A stretch of DNA of 64,000 nucleotides from Campylobacterota bacterium (GCA_034659595.1 JAYEHQ010000076.1:2165-66164), one strand, 5' to 3'. Numbered from the stretch's first letter, positions 41,525 to 52,258 are shown. Made by a program: numbers and translations. The notes: generated by a model from the sequence alone, not told the origin.

Positions 41525-42156
41525 TAATATGCTATCCCCCATACTGAAATATTTAAGCTAGTTTCTATCTCTTCTTGAGTTGTTATGTTTAAGTCATGTA
41601 TATCGACAACTAAGTTACTTTGTTCAAGAGAATTTATAAATTTTAATGTATTTTTATAGTTTGCTGATGAATTAATTGTAATATCCAATATATGTCCAAA
41701 TGCTTTTTTATTTAGATTGTAAGAGTTTGTAATTTTAATAATTTTAATATTATATTGTTTCGCTTTTTTAGATATTGAATGTAGATATTTACCCCATGCA
41801 ATTTCATCATATATTAGAGATGAAATCGTTTCTATTTTAGTTTTTATATATCTGTTGTTTTCTTCATGTACTAGTTTTTGAACATTAGCAACAATTATGT
41901 CTTTTTCAAGTTTATTTATTTTTGCTTTAGGATTTATGATTAAGTAGTTTTTATCAGCATTTAGTTTTGCTTTAATATTTATGATTTCTTGATTTATTTT
42001 TAAATAGTCATCTTCTGCTTTATCCCAAAAAAGAAGATATGAAAAAGTGAAAATTAGACCAAAAATCATAAGATAAGTCATGTATATATCTTTTTGACCT
42101 TTATCTTTAAATGATTCATCAATGTTTTGTAAAAAGTCTTCTATAATGAGTTTCAT
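41524..42156 (-). CDS. PilO/MshJ-like alignment protein
   Basis: One TM helix, coiled coil, YKNTLKFINSLE segment; gene context. Confidence 0.65.
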   Translation of the reverse strand: MKLIIEDFLQNIDESFKDKGQKDIYMTYLMIFGLIFTFSYLLFWDKAEDDYLKINQEIINIKAKLNADKNYLIINPKAKINKLEKDIIVANVQKLVHEENNRYIKTKIETISSLIYDEIAWGKYLHSISKKAKQYNIKIIKITNSYNLNKKAFGHILDITINSSANYKNTLKFINSLEQSNLVVDIHDLNITTQEEIETSLNISVWGIAY

Positions 42157-43685
42157 AATATTATCACTTTCAGTTTACTTATGTATATATTATTTGATTT
42201 TTCATAAAAAATATCCTTTATAGATAAATCAAATTTATCATGATATTTTTTTGTTAGATGCTTTATTAAAGATGTTATTTGTTTATCATTTGATGATATT
42301 AAATTAAGATGAAATTGTTTAATATCAGCATCTTCGGAGTAAGATATAAAATTTAATTTTACATTATATTTATTAATATCTTTTGTTAACATAGATAATA
42401 ATTTAGCTTTCATAGGATAATTCACTTTTACATCATGAATTTTAATAAGAGTATTTTTTTTATTTGTGTATTGTTGTTTTTGTTCATTTAGTAATTTTAA
42501 TGCTTTTCTTTTCTCTAACTCTTTATTTTTAATAGTTACTTCTCTTACACTTTTTATATTATGGATATTTTCATAATTTTTATTTAAAAGCTTAAGTTGT
42601 AATGATTGAGCATATGATAAAGTCCAATAACTGACAGGATATGCAAAAGCTATAATGATAGAGATAAGTGTTAAGATGATAATTTTACCACTTTGTCTTT
42701 GTGTAAATTTTGGTGGACGATGGAAAGTAGTAAAATTACATAGATATTTTTCATCATCAGATATTGTGGTATATAGATGCATTAAAGAATGAATTTGATC
42801 TATATAAACTTTATTATCTTCAAAGCCATAGTCAAATTCAAAATTATTTGCTTTGATATGTATCTCATACTCTAATATTTCATTTAATTTTGTAACAGTA
42901 CTAACTTCAGAACCAATATATACTCTATCGATACTTTCTAAGTCATAAGCTCTTTTGATGTAAGTTAATATATCATTAATATTTGAAAAAATCTCTTTAT
43001 ACAGTTTAATAAAATACTCTTTATAATCACTTTGAGTATCTTTTAAATTGTGTTTTTGAAAAAAATCCATAAAATCTTTAAATTCAATTCTTTCACCATA
43101 TAATTCACAAAATTTTTCATGCATTTGAGAAAAAGAGTATTTAAGTGATTTAGCATATATAAATTCATATTCATTATAAATAGCTATAAATGCATCATCA
43201 TTTTGAAAATATATGAAGCAGTGTACACCATTATCTTCAATAATCTCTTTTTGATATAAAGATTTTATTAAAAGAGGAGTAGGTATTATAATATCAACAT
43301 ATTTGATTTTTTCGATTACAGTTTTATAAACTTCTTCAACTATAGACGGTTCAACAATAAATAGATAAAAATTTCTATTTTTTTCATCTATTCGAACATT
43401 CGTTTCAATGTAATTTATTTGATATTCTATAGCTTGATCTAAAGCAAGTTCATCATAAGCTTTTGTAGTAATAGCATCATATAAATCTTCTTCTGGAATA
43501 TTTTTACTTATAGAAATTTGGCTTGTAATAGTATTTTTAATATTTAGATTTGAAATAACAAATTGTTCTTTTTTAAAAACTGGTTTTTTCAACTCATTTA
43601 GAAAACCAGATTCATTAGAAAAATAGTTATAGTTAGGATTTACTGAAAGTATATTTAAAAATGGGTTTTTATTTTTAGTACTCAT
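42153..43685 (-). CDS. PilM/PilN-like fused alignment protein
   Basis: Large cytoplasmic domain, single TM helix, then coiled coil; first gene of the cluster. Confidence 0.55.
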   Translation of the reverse strand: MSTKNKNPFLNILSVNPNYNYFSNESGFLNELKKPVFKKEQFVISNLNIKNTITSQISISKNIPEEDLYDAITTKAYDELALDQAIEYQINYIETNVRIDEKNRNFYLFIVEPSIVEEVYKTVIEKIKYVDIIIPTPLLIKSLYQKEIIEDNGVHCFIYFQNDDAFIAIYNEYEFIYAKSLKYSFSQMHEKFCELYGERIEFKDFMDFFQKHNLKDTQSDYKEYFIKLYKEIFSNINDILTYIKRAYDLESIDRVYIGSEVSTVTKLNEILEYEIHIKANNFEFDYGFEDNKVYIDQIHSLMHLYTTISDDEKYLCNFTTFHRPPKFTQRQSGKIIILTLISIIIAFAYPVSYWTLSYAQSLQLKLLNKNYENIHNIKSVREVTIKNKELEKRKALKLLNEQKQQYTNKKNTLIKIHDVKVNYPMKAKLLSMLTKDINKYNVKLNFISYSEDADIKQFHLNLISSNDKQITSLIKHLTKKYHDKFDLSIKDIFYEKSNNIYISKLKVIIL

Positions 43686-43710
43686 AAAATAGAATTCTTT
43701 TAAGTATTTT

Positions 43711-44670
43711 TTAGTTTTCTGTAAAAATTTTCATTTTATTATTAGTTAGTTTGACTATTAATATTTTTTCACCTATGAATTTTAGTGAATTTGATTTATA
43801 AAGTTCTTTAAAAGTGATTTGATATGTATCAATTGTATTTGGATATGGAATTATATTTAGATTTTGAAATACAATTGTTTTTTTTTCATTTTTAGCAAAG
43901 ATTCTTTTTTTATATCTTTTGAATGAATTGATTTTCATCCCATTACTTTTTACAAAATCATCTGAATAGAAATTCAAATATTTATCAGTATTATTATATA
44001 TCCAAGCATATCTCCAACTATAAAGTTCTGATAATATTATAGCAATATTTTCTTTATTTACTTCTATTAAATTTTTATCAGGATTAATAATAAGTAAAGT
44101 TTTTTCTATATTGATTTTTTTATTTAAACCTTTTATATTATCATTATCTATAGCTATACAGCCCTTTGTATATTTGTCTCTTTTTTGATTAGTTGGAAGA
44201 CCATGTATCCAAATCCCACTTCCATTCTTACCTTTGTATTTGTCATATATATTTGGGTAAGAAGTAACAAACGCAAGGGGTCCATAAAATGCATCAAGTT
44301 TTACAATTCTTTTTGTTAGATTATAGATGCCAAGAGGTGTTTTTAAATCACCTTCTTTAATTTTATCACCTTTTATTTTTCCTGTAAAAGCATTGTAGTC
44401 TTTGTTAAGTTGAAATTTTTCATCTTTATTTTTTTTATATAGAACTAGTTTGGATGATTCTTTATCACAAGTTAGTATAAAATTATAGTATTGGATATAT
44501 CCAAATGATAAATCTTTATCATCTAAATAATCATCCCAATAGCCGAAATCTGTAAGTTTAAAATCTAATTGTTTTTGTATAAAATCAATACCATTTTTTC
44601 GATAATCATCTAGCGTAACATTTGCAAAAACTGATAATGTAAAGATTAATAATAATATTAAGGTTTTCAT
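43711..44670 (-). CDS. YkuD-family L,D-transpeptidase/carboxypeptidase (Csd6/Pgp2-like)
   Basis: EGDLKTPLGIY, GIWIHG, TKGCI; NTF2-like C-terminal domain. Confidence 0.88.
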   Translation of the reverse strand: MKTLILLLIFTLSVFANVTLDDYRKNGIDFIQKQLDFKLTDFGYWDDYLDDKDLSFGYIQYYNFILTCDKESSKLVLYKKNKDEKFQLNKDYNAFTGKIKGDKIKEGDLKTPLGIYNLTKRIVKLDAFYGPLAFVTSYPNIYDKYKGKNGSGIWIHGLPTNQKRDKYTKGCIAIDNDNIKGLNKKINIEKTLLIINPDKNLIEVNKENIAIILSELYSWRYAWIYNNTDKYLNFYSDDFVKSNGMKINSFKRYKKRIFAKNEKKTIVFQNLNIIPYPNTIDTYQITFKELYKSNSLKFIGEKILIVKLTNNKMKIFTEN

Positions 44671-45542
44671 TTGTATCCTAACTCTTCTAAATATATTTTG
44701 TCTTTAGACCAGCCTTTTTTCACACTAACTTGTAGTTTTAAAAATGCTTTTTTTCCACTTAATCTTTCGATTTTTTCACGAGCAGATTTACCAATTCTTT
44801 TAATAGCATCTCCACCTTTACCTATAATAATCCCTTTTTGAGATTCTTTCTCTATGATAATAGTAGCATAAATTTTATCTATTCTCTTATCTTCTTCTAT
44901 TGAATCTATAAGTACATCACTCTCATAAGGTACTTCATCACTTACATTTTCAAAAATACCTTCACGAATAAAACCAGCATAAATATCACGAACAAGTTCA
45001 CTTGTTAAATCTTCAGGGTCATATAAAAATGGTGATTCTGGAAGATTTTTACATATTTCATTAAGTAGATCTAAATGACCAACTTTTTTAGGGATTGCAA
45101 CTGGTATGAGAGCTATGAATGATGAAGCGAATTGATTATATTGACTTATTTTTTTAAATAGTTTATCTTGTGAAACTTGGTCTATTTTACTAAGAACTAT
45201 AATGTGTGGAACTTTATTATTGTTAAGTTTTAAAAATTTTTCATAATGTTCAACACTATCAGTTATGGGTGCTAAATATACTATTAAATCACAATCACCC
45301 ATGGCCTTTAATGCTTCATCTAGCATAAACTGATTAAGTATTTTTTCTCTTTCATGAAGACCTGGAGTATCTACAAAAATTATCTGAGTATCATTATGCA
45401 TAACTATTGCATTTGATCTTCTTCTTGTAGCATTAGCTTTTTGGCTAACCATAGCTATTTTTTCACCTAAGAGTGAATTCATTAAAGTGCTTTTTCCAGC
45501 GTTAGGTCTTCCAATAAGAGATACGAAACCAGCTTTTGTCAT
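44667..45542 (-). CDS. era: GTPase Era
   Basis: GRPNAGKST, DTPG, EVPY, KH motif IIIGKGG. Confidence 0.96.
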   Translation of the reverse strand: MTKAGFVSLIGRPNAGKSTLMNSLLGEKIAMVSQKANATRRRSNAIVMHNDTQIIFVDTPGLHEREKILNQFMLDEALKAMGDCDLIVYLAPITDSVEHYEKFLKLNNNKVPHIIVLSKIDQVSQDKLFKKISQYNQFASSFIALIPVAIPKKVGHLDLLNEICKNLPESPFLYDPEDLTSELVRDIYAGFIREGIFENVSDEVPYESDVLIDSIEEDKRIDKIYATIIIEKESQKGIIIGKGGDAIKRIGKSAREKIERLSGKKAFLKLQVSVKKGWSKDKIYLEELGYK

Positions 45543-45574
45543 AGATTTTCCTTATTTAAGGGTATTTTTTTATT

Positions 45575-46906
45575 TTATAATATATATCTTGATAAGTCAT
45601 CATCATCAACAACAGTATCAAGTTTTTCGTGTACAAGTTCAGCCGTTATTTTGAACTCTTTATCTTTATATTCATCAGCTTCAAAGCTTATCTCTTCAAG
45701 AACTTTCTCAAGAACTGTATGAAGTCTTCTAGCCCCAATATCTTCTGTGATTTCATTTGCCTTATGAGATAATTTAGCTATAGCTTTTATAGCATCATCT
45801 TCAAAAGTAAGTTTTAAATCTTCCACACTTAGTAGTGCTTCATATTGATTTAGTAAAGAGTTCTTAGTTTGAGTTAAAATTTTATATAAAGTATCTTCAG
45901 TTAAAGACTCTAACTCAACTCTCAATGGAAAACGACCTTGAAGTTCAGGAATTAAATCACTTGGTTTACTAACATGAAATGCACCAGCAGCGATAAAAAG
46001 AATATGGTCAGTATTTATAGTTCCATATTTAGTTGAAACACTACTACCCTCAACTATAGGAAGCAAATCTCTTTGAACTCCCTCTTTAGATGGGTCATTT
46101 CTACCAGCAGACTTTTCACTTAATGCAATTTTGTCAATCTCATCAAGAAATATAATTCCACCATTTTCAGCTCTTTTTCTTGCTTCTTCATTAATGCTTG
46201 AACTATCTAGTAGTTTTGATGCAGCTTCAACTTTTAGCATCTCTTTAGCAACTTTTACAGTTATCTCTTTTTTGTTATCTTCTTTATTGATTTGTGAAAA
46301 AACTTTTGAAAAACTTTCTTGTACTTTTATCATCTCAGGTGGAAGATTACTATCATCAAACTCCACTTGAAGTTTAGAATCTATATCTAGTTCAATGATT
46401 TTATCATCCATTTCACCAGCATCAACTCTTTTTTCCATAGCTTCTAAAAGTCTTTGGTAGTCATCTTGTTTAGATTCACTTGCACCTTTAGGAAGAGGGG
46501 GTAAAAGTTTTTCAACTATTTTATTTAAAACATAGTTTTCTATCTTTTCTTTGTTCTCTTCCTCTTTTTCCTTTCTTACTATAGATAGAGAAGCAACAAC
46601 TAAATCTCTAATCATAGACTCAACATCACGACCAACAAAACCAACTTCTGTATATTTAGAAGCTTCAACCTTGACAAAAGGAACTTTCATCATTTTTGCA
46701 AGTCTTCTTGATATTTCAGTTTTACCAACACCCGTAGAACCAATCATCAAAATATTTTTTGGCATGATTTCATCTTGCATCTCTTGATTTAATTGCATGC
46801 GTCTATATCTCGTACGAAGGGCTAGGGCTATTGTTTTTTTAGCATCATTTTGTGCTATCACATATTTATCTAAATATTTTACTATCTCTTTTGGAGTTAA
46901 ATTCAT
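45575..46906 (-). CDS. hslU: HslU ATPase
   Basis: GSTGVGKTEI, GFVGRDVES, DEIDK, GVQRDLLP, GARRL. Confidence 0.97.
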   Translation of the reverse strand: MNLTPKEIVKYLDKYVIAQNDAKKTIALALRTRYRRMQLNQEMQDEIMPKNILMIGSTGVGKTEISRRLAKMMKVPFVKVEASKYTEVGFVGRDVESMIRDLVVASLSIVRKEKEEENKEKIENYVLNKIVEKLLPPLPKGASESKQDDYQRLLEAMEKRVDAGEMDDKIIELDIDSKLQVEFDDSNLPPEMIKVQESFSKVFSQINKEDNKKEITVKVAKEMLKVEAASKLLDSSSINEEARKRAENGGIIFLDEIDKIALSEKSAGRNDPSKEGVQRDLLPIVEGSSVSTKYGTINTDHILFIAAGAFHVSKPSDLIPELQGRFPLRVELESLTEDTLYKILTQTKNSLLNQYEALLSVEDLKLTFEDDAIKAIAKLSHKANEITEDIGARRLHTVLEKVLEEISFEADEYKDKEFKITAELVHEKLDTVVDDDDLSRYIL

Positions 46907-47448
46907 TATTTATCTTCTTCTAATATAAGTGTTTTAATATTTTTATTTGTATATATACAAAGGTCACCAGCTATATTTAAGCTTTCACGAACTAACTCTT
47001 CTTCATCTAAAGAAGCATGTTTTTTTAAAGCTCTTGCCGCCGAAATAGCATAGTTACCACCACTACCTATTGATGCTATCTCACCATCTTCTGGTTCAAC
47101 TACATCACCATTTCCTGTAAGTATAAAGATGTGTTTATTGTTTAAAACTATCATCATAGCTTCTAAGCGTCTTAGAACTTTGTCTTTTCTCCATGCTTTA
47201 GAAAATTCTATAACAGATTTTAAAAGATCACCTTTTTTATCTGATAAAAACTCTTCAAACATATCAAAAAGATTAAAAGCATCTGCTGTGCTTCCAGCAA
47301 ATCCAGCTAGGATTTTACCGTTATGAAGTGTACGGATTTTTGTAGCATTTCCTTTTAAAACAGAATCGCCAAAAGTAACTTGTCCATCTCCGCCTATTAC
47401 AGCTTTATTCTTGCCTTTATAGGCAAGTATAGTAGTAGCATCAAACAC
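46906..47448 (-). CDS. hslV: HslV protease subunit (GTG start)
   Basis: [29 protein letters not shown]. Confidence 0.97.
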   Translation of the reverse strand: MFDATTILAYKGKNKAVIGGDGQVTFGDSVLKGNATKIRTLHNGKILAGFAGSTADAFNLFDMFEEFLSDKKGDLLKSVIEFSKAWRKDKVLRRLEAMMIVLNNKHIFILTGNGDVVEPEDGEIASIGSGGNYAISAARALKKHASLDEEELVRESLNIAGDLCIYTNKNIKTLILEEDK

Positions 47449-47453
47449 GAATA

Positions 47454-47900
47454 TTACTCCCCTTGAACATCAACATGAAGTGTAGCGTGAAGACCATGAC
47501 CAAGTTTAAAGTCTAAATCATGTTCACCAATAGTTTTAATAGCTGATTTTTCATTTATATGTTTTTTATCTATCTCTATCCCATGTTGATCTTTAAGTGC
47601 TACAGCTATCTCATCTTTTGTTACAGAACCAAAAAGGTGACCATTTTGACCTAATTTTTTAGTGATTATAATTTCAGCTTTGTCTAGTTGTTTTACTATC
47701 TCTTTTAGTGCATTTACCTCTTTTTCAAGATTCTCTGCCACTATAAGTTCATCTTGTGCATGTTGATCTAAAATTTCTGGAGTTGCGTGTCTTGCAAACC
47801 CTTTTCCTATTAAGAAGTTTTTACCATAACCATCTTTAACTTCTTTAACTTCACCTTTTTTACCTAAACTTTTTACATCTTTTATTAATAATACTTTCAT
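47454..47900 (-). CDS. rplI: 50S ribosomal protein L9
   Basis: [30 protein letters not shown]; LFGSVT. Confidence 0.97.
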   Translation of the reverse strand: MKVLLIKDVKSLGKKGEVKEVKDGYGKNFLIGKGFARHATPEILDQHAQDELIVAENLEKEVNALKEIVKQLDKAEIIITKKLGQNGHLFGSVTKDEIAVALKDQHGIEIDKKHINEKSAIKTIGEHDLDFKLGHGLHATLHVDVQGE

Positions 47901-47930
47901 AATTCTTATTCCTTATTCTTTAATTTTTTA

Positions 47931-48662
47931 TTATCTAACTATTTCACCACTATAAGAAACTATACCATGTGTGAAGTTTCCTATGTTTTGATAACCTTGA
48001 TCTCTTAATATCATAGCAACATGAGCAGAACGACTTCCAATATGACAATAAAGTATGATATTTTCACTTTTACTTAGTTTTGCATCTTCTAGTGTTGCGA
48101 AGAAACTACTTGTAGGTATAAGTTTGTCAGCACCTTTTATATGACCCATCTGCCATTCCATATGCTCACGAACATCTATAAGTATAAAGTTAATCATACC
48201 TATCTCTCTAGCTTCAAGTAAAGATATAATCTCATCATTATCTAGTTCATCTTGTTTTATTAAAGTTTCACATTCCTCTTTTGTTAATCCACGAGAGTGA
48301 GTACAAACTACTTCTTCCATACCTAGTTCTATTTTCTTAGCAGATGCAAATTCAGGTGTACAAAATATTCCACAATGACAAGCACCAGTTTCTGGAATCT
48401 CTTTTTCAATAGCAGGCTTACAAGGACAAGTTCTATTATCTACACTTTGAGCTTTCCCATCAACCTCTTCAACCATAAAACATGGACAAAAAAGTTTATT
48501 GTACATTATCTTGTTTCTAGCAAGACCCATTTGTACACCTTCATTTACTTCTTCTTGAGGATTATAAACCCAACCACGAGATTCACAAACTTTATCTGTA
48601 AATTTTATAGTTTTTTCCATTCTAGCTTGAAATTCAGGTGAATTCATATCTATTCTAATCAT
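47931..48662 (-). CDS. Ferredoxin:thioredoxin reductase catalytic domain fused to rhodanese
   Basis: CPC, CPC and CHC motifs; C-terminal IDVRE...GHIKGA...YCHIGSRS. Confidence 0.88.
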   Translation of the reverse strand: MIRIDMNSPEFQARMEKTIKFTDKVCESRGWVYNPQEEVNEGVQMGLARNKIMYNKLFCPCFMVEEVDGKAQSVDNRTCPCKPAIEKEIPETGACHCGIFCTPEFASAKKIELGMEEVVCTHSRGLTKEECETLIKQDELDNDEIISLLEAREIGMINFILIDVREHMEWQMGHIKGADKLIPTSSFFATLEDAKLSKSENIILYCHIGSRSAHVAMILRDQGYQNIGNFTHGIVSYSGEIVR

Positions 48663-49900
48663 TATTTTACACCTCTTTTTTTACCAGCAATAACTCTTCT
48701 AAGTGCATTAAGGCGAATAAATCCTTCAGCATCTTTTTGATTATAGACTTCATCCTCTTCAAATGTTGAATGCTCTTCTGAATAAAGTGACATATCTGAT
48801 TCTCGACCAACAACTTCAACATTACCTTTGTAAAGTTTTAGTTTTACAGTTCCTTGAACGAATTTTTGCGTAGTGTCAATAGCTGCTTGCATCATTTCAC
48901 GCTCTGGAGAGAACCAAAAACCGTTATATATAAGTTGTGCATACTTGGCAATCATACCATCTTTCATGTGTGCTTCTTCTCTGTCTAAACAGATAGACTC
49001 TATTGCACGGTGAGCTTTTAGCATGATAGTTCCACCTGGAGTTTCATAGCATCCACGAGCTTTCATACCAACAAAACGGTTTTCAACAATATCAATTCTA
49101 CCGATACCATGTTTGTTACCATATTCATTTAAAGTTCTAAGCATTGTCGCAGGAGATAGCTCTTTTCCATTTAAAGAGATAGGATCACCATTTTTATATC
49201 CAATAGTGATATATTCTTTCTCATCTGGAGCATTTTCAGGAGAAGTTGACCATAGCCACATAGATTCTTCAGGTTCATTCATAGGGTTTTCTAAATGAAG
49301 CCCTTCATAAGATATATGAAGTAAGTTAGCATCCATAGAGTATGGACTTACAGTTGGATTACCATCTGCATCTACATGTTTTTGGTCAATGTTAATTCCA
49401 TGTTCCTTTGCGTAAGTTAAAAGTTTTTCACGAGAGTTTAAATCCCATTCACGCCACGGAGCAATAACAGTAATATCTGGATTTAGACCAAGGTAACCAA
49501 GTTCAAATCTTACTTGATCGTTTCCTTTACCAGTAGCCCCATGAGACACAGCATCTGCACCCATTTTTTCTGCTATCTCAATCTGTTTTTTTGCAATAAG
49601 TGGCCTCGCGATAGATGTACCAAGAAGATATTCACCCTCATAGATAGCATTTGCTCTAAACATAGGAAATACATAATCTTTTACAAATTCTTCTTGAATA
49701 TCAAGAATGAAAATATTTTCAGGTTTTATACCATTTTCTAGTGCTTTTTGACGAGCAGGTTCAACCTCTTCACCTTGACCTAAATCAGCAGTAAATGTAA
49801 TAACTTCAGCATTGTATTCATCTTGTAACCATTTTAAGATTATACTAGTGTCTAATCCACCAGAATAAGCTAGTACTACTTTTTTAACTTCTTTTTTCAT
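48662..49900 (-). CDS. argG: Argininosuccinate synthase
   Basis: [29 protein letters not shown]. Confidence 0.97.
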   Translation of the reverse strand: MKKEVKKVVLAYSGGLDTSIILKWLQDEYNAEVITFTADLGQGEEVEPARQKALENGIKPENIFILDIQEEFVKDYVFPMFRANAIYEGEYLLGTSIARPLIAKKQIEIAEKMGADAVSHGATGKGNDQVRFELGYLGLNPDITVIAPWREWDLNSREKLLTYAKEHGINIDQKHVDADGNPTVSPYSMDANLLHISYEGLHLENPMNEPEESMWLWSTSPENAPDEKEYITIGYKNGDPISLNGKELSPATMLRTLNEYGNKHGIGRIDIVENRFVGMKARGCYETPGGTIMLKAHRAIESICLDREEAHMKDGMIAKYAQLIYNGFWFSPEREMMQAAIDTTQKFVQGTVKLKLYKGNVEVVGRESDMSLYSEEHSTFEEDEVYNQKDAEGFIRLNALRRVIAGKKRGVK

Positions 49901-49976
49901 ATAAAAACCTCACTTTAGGAAAATAATTATCGCGATTTTATTATAAAAGAGTTTAAAATATGGTTAGGATTTATGA

Positions 49977-50357
49977 TTACCCTTTAGAGTCAAAGAATAT
50001 ACCTGCTACTTCTAACATTTTTGGGAGAATTTCCATACCTTTTTCTGCTGGAAATCTTCTGATTAAGTCATCTGTTTTTTGGTCTATTACTGACACATAA
50101 AAAATATCATCTTTATCAACACCAAATTTTAAACTTGTACCCATTGGTGCCATCGCTTCATTTAGTTGTTCAACTAAACTTTCAACTTCCTCTTTAGAAT
50201 TTATTTTAACATTTTTGTCTAAAGATTTTTCCTGAGCTTCTTTTACTAAATCTTGTTTTGCTGGTTGAGCCTCTTTTGTATGTTCCTCAACTTTTTCATG
50301 AGAATTCATTGAAGTTACTTGTGTTTGTTGTGCTGAGACACTTGTTAAGCCATCCAT
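49977..50357 (-). CDS. flaG: Flagellar protein FlaG
   Basis: LKF...VSVID...LIRRFP...GIFFDSKG; start moved to MDGL after the GAAGGAG SD. Confidence 0.85.
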   Translation of the reverse strand: MDGLTSVSAQQTQVTSMNSHEKVEEHTKEAQPAKQDLVKEAQEKSLDKNVKINSKEEVESLVEQLNEAMAPMGTSLKFGVDKDDIFYVSVIDQKTDDLIRRFPAEKGMEILPKMLEVAGIFFDSKG

Positions 50358-50398
50358 AATATACTCCTTCAAAATAAATTATATTACCATAACAAGTA

Positions 50399-50424
50399 CA
50401 TCGACAAATAATAAATATTTTTAA
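50399..50424 (-). promoter_or_regulatory. Sigma-28 (FliA)-like promoter
   Basis: Minus strand TTAAA-N14-GTCGAT upstream of flaG. Confidence 0.55.
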
Positions 50425-50455
50425 TAAAAATGATATTTATGATACTCTTTCATTT

Positions 50456-51652
50456 ATGAATCAATATATTTCACTACTTAAATCAGAACCAATTTTAAGA
50501 AAACTATCTGTCATTCAATTAATCTCATATTTTGGAGCATGGTTTAGTAATGTAGCTATCTATACTTTATTAATAAATATGGAAGTACAAGCCCAAGTAA
50601 TTGCTTTTGTAGCTTCTCTGCATTTTTTAGCTGGTGTATTTCAAGCACCATTTTCTGGTTCAATTATAGACAGTATAAAACCAAAAAAAATAATGTTATT
50701 TCTTATACTTATAGAGATTTTTTCAACTCTTTTTTTAGTATTTATAAATCAAATATCAGATTTGTATTTATTATATATACTTATATTCGTAAAGATGGCA
50801 GCTGCAAGTTTTTATTTTACTACCGAGATGTCATTACTTCCAAAAATAGTAAGCTCAAATAAACTACAACAAGCTAATGAATTGCACTCTATAATATGGT
50901 CAGTATCATATACGCTAGGTATGGCAATTAGTGGCTTTATTGTTTATTGGTTGGGTGTAAAAATAGCTTTTATTCTTGATGCATTTATGTTTGTAATAGC
51001 TTTTATTTTACTTTATAATACACAAATTAAAGTAGAAATTATAAAAACTAAAGATAATTTAATACAAATGATGGGAGATACATTTAGATACCTTAAACGC
51101 TCACCTAAAGCTTTGCATCTTATGTTAATACACTCTTTTGTAGGATTAACAGCTTTTGATGTACTTGTCGCTTTAATGGTAGATAAATATTATGCTTCTA
51201 TTATAGCGACATCTTTAGCATTAGGACTTCTTCATGCATCTCGTGCTATTGGGCTAGTAATAGGTCCTATGCTAATAAATAGATGGCTGAATAATAAATT
51301 TTTAGTATTTGTATTTATTTTTCAAGCATTATCGGTATGGCTATGGGCATATCTGATGAAAGATTTTTATTTATCGTTAGTAGCAAGTGTTATTGTTGGA
51401 CTTTTTACAACAACTCTATGGTCATATACATATACGCTGTTGCATAAAAATATAGAAGAGAAATATTATGGAAGAATTATTGCATACAATGATATGCTTT
51501 TTTTAAGTTCAGCCGCATTTACATCATTTATGATTGGTTATTTAGTTGAAAATGAATTTTCTTTAGAATTTGTAGCTGTATTATTAGGTTTTGGATTTAT
51601 TGTAGGAAGTTTGTATTATTTTTGGATATTAAAAACGCAAGATTTAAAGTAA
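50456..51652 (+). CDS. MFS transporter
   Basis: About 12 TM helices, motif-A-like GSIIDSIKPKK, YYGRI. Confidence 0.88.
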   Translation: MNQYISLLKSEPILRKLSVIQLISYFGAWFSNVAIYTLLINMEVQAQVIAFVASLHFLAGVFQAPFSGSIIDSIKPKKIMLFLILIEIFSTLFLVFINQISDLYLLYILIFVKMAAASFYFTTEMSLLPKIVSSNKLQQANELHSIIWSVSYTLGMAISGFIVYWLGVKIAFILDAFMFVIAFILLYNTQIKVEIIKTKDNLIQMMGDTFRYLKRSPKALHLMLIHSFVGLTAFDVLVALMVDKYYASIIATSLALGLLHASRAIGLVIGPMLINRWLNNKFLVFVFIFQALSVWLWAYLMKDFYLSLVASVIVGLFTTTLWSYTYTLLHKNIEEKYYGRIIAYNDMLFLSSAAFTSFMIGYLVENEFSLEFVAVLLGFGFIVGSLYYFWILKTQDLK

Positions 51653-51676
51653 ACTGATTTGCGTAACATAAGTTAG

Positions 51677-51700
51677 AAGCCCCTTATTAAAATGGGGCTT
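51677..51700. terminator. Stem-loop between convergent MFS and SORL genes
   Basis: AAGCCCC-N10-GGGGCTT. Confidence 0.65.
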
Positions 51701-51704
51701 AAAA

Positions 51705-52091
51705 TTATGCTGTTACTTCTACAACAACAGGAGTTGATTCCCAAATTCCGTGTTTTGTACAGTATCCGTGAGCTACTAGATTTAATTTTTTACCCATTGG
51801 ACGGATATTAAATGTTACTTCTGCATGAGATTTTTCATTACCAAGTGTACCTGGTACAAAACTTGCCATTGCTAGTTTAGTTTCACCATTAAAAAGTGAA
51901 ATACTTTCGATATAGTGATCGAAATCATCTGGATGAGTATATTCGTTACCCATTTTAACATTTACTGAAAGCATTTCACCTTTTTTAGCTTCACCCTCAA
52001 CTGTAATAAACGGTGAATGGCGGTCAATTAAATCTTTCTTAGCTTCTCTTTCTACTGTGTCAATATCAACATATTTGTTAATTTTTGGCAT
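51705..52091 (-). CDS. Class II superoxide-reductase-like (SORL) protein
   Basis: DRHSPFI, HP...HYIESI and YCTKHGIW give a His4-Cys ligand set. Confidence 0.88.
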   Translation of the reverse strand: MPKINKYVDIDTVEREAKKDLIDRHSPFITVEGEAKKGEMLSVNVKMGNEYTHPDDFDHYIESISLFNGETKLAMASFVPGTLGNEKSHAEVTFNIRPMGKKLNLVAHGYCTKHGIWESTPVVVEVTA

Positions 52092-52258
52092 TTTAAATCC
52101 TTCTGTTTTAATTTATGTGTAATTGTAACTATAAAAGTTTGAGCTAAACATAAATAAGAGTTTTCTACTCTTTTATTAAGAATATTTTAAGATTAATATT
52201 ATTACTTTTTAACCAAAATATAGATAAAATCGCAATAATTTAATAAAAGAGATTTTTT

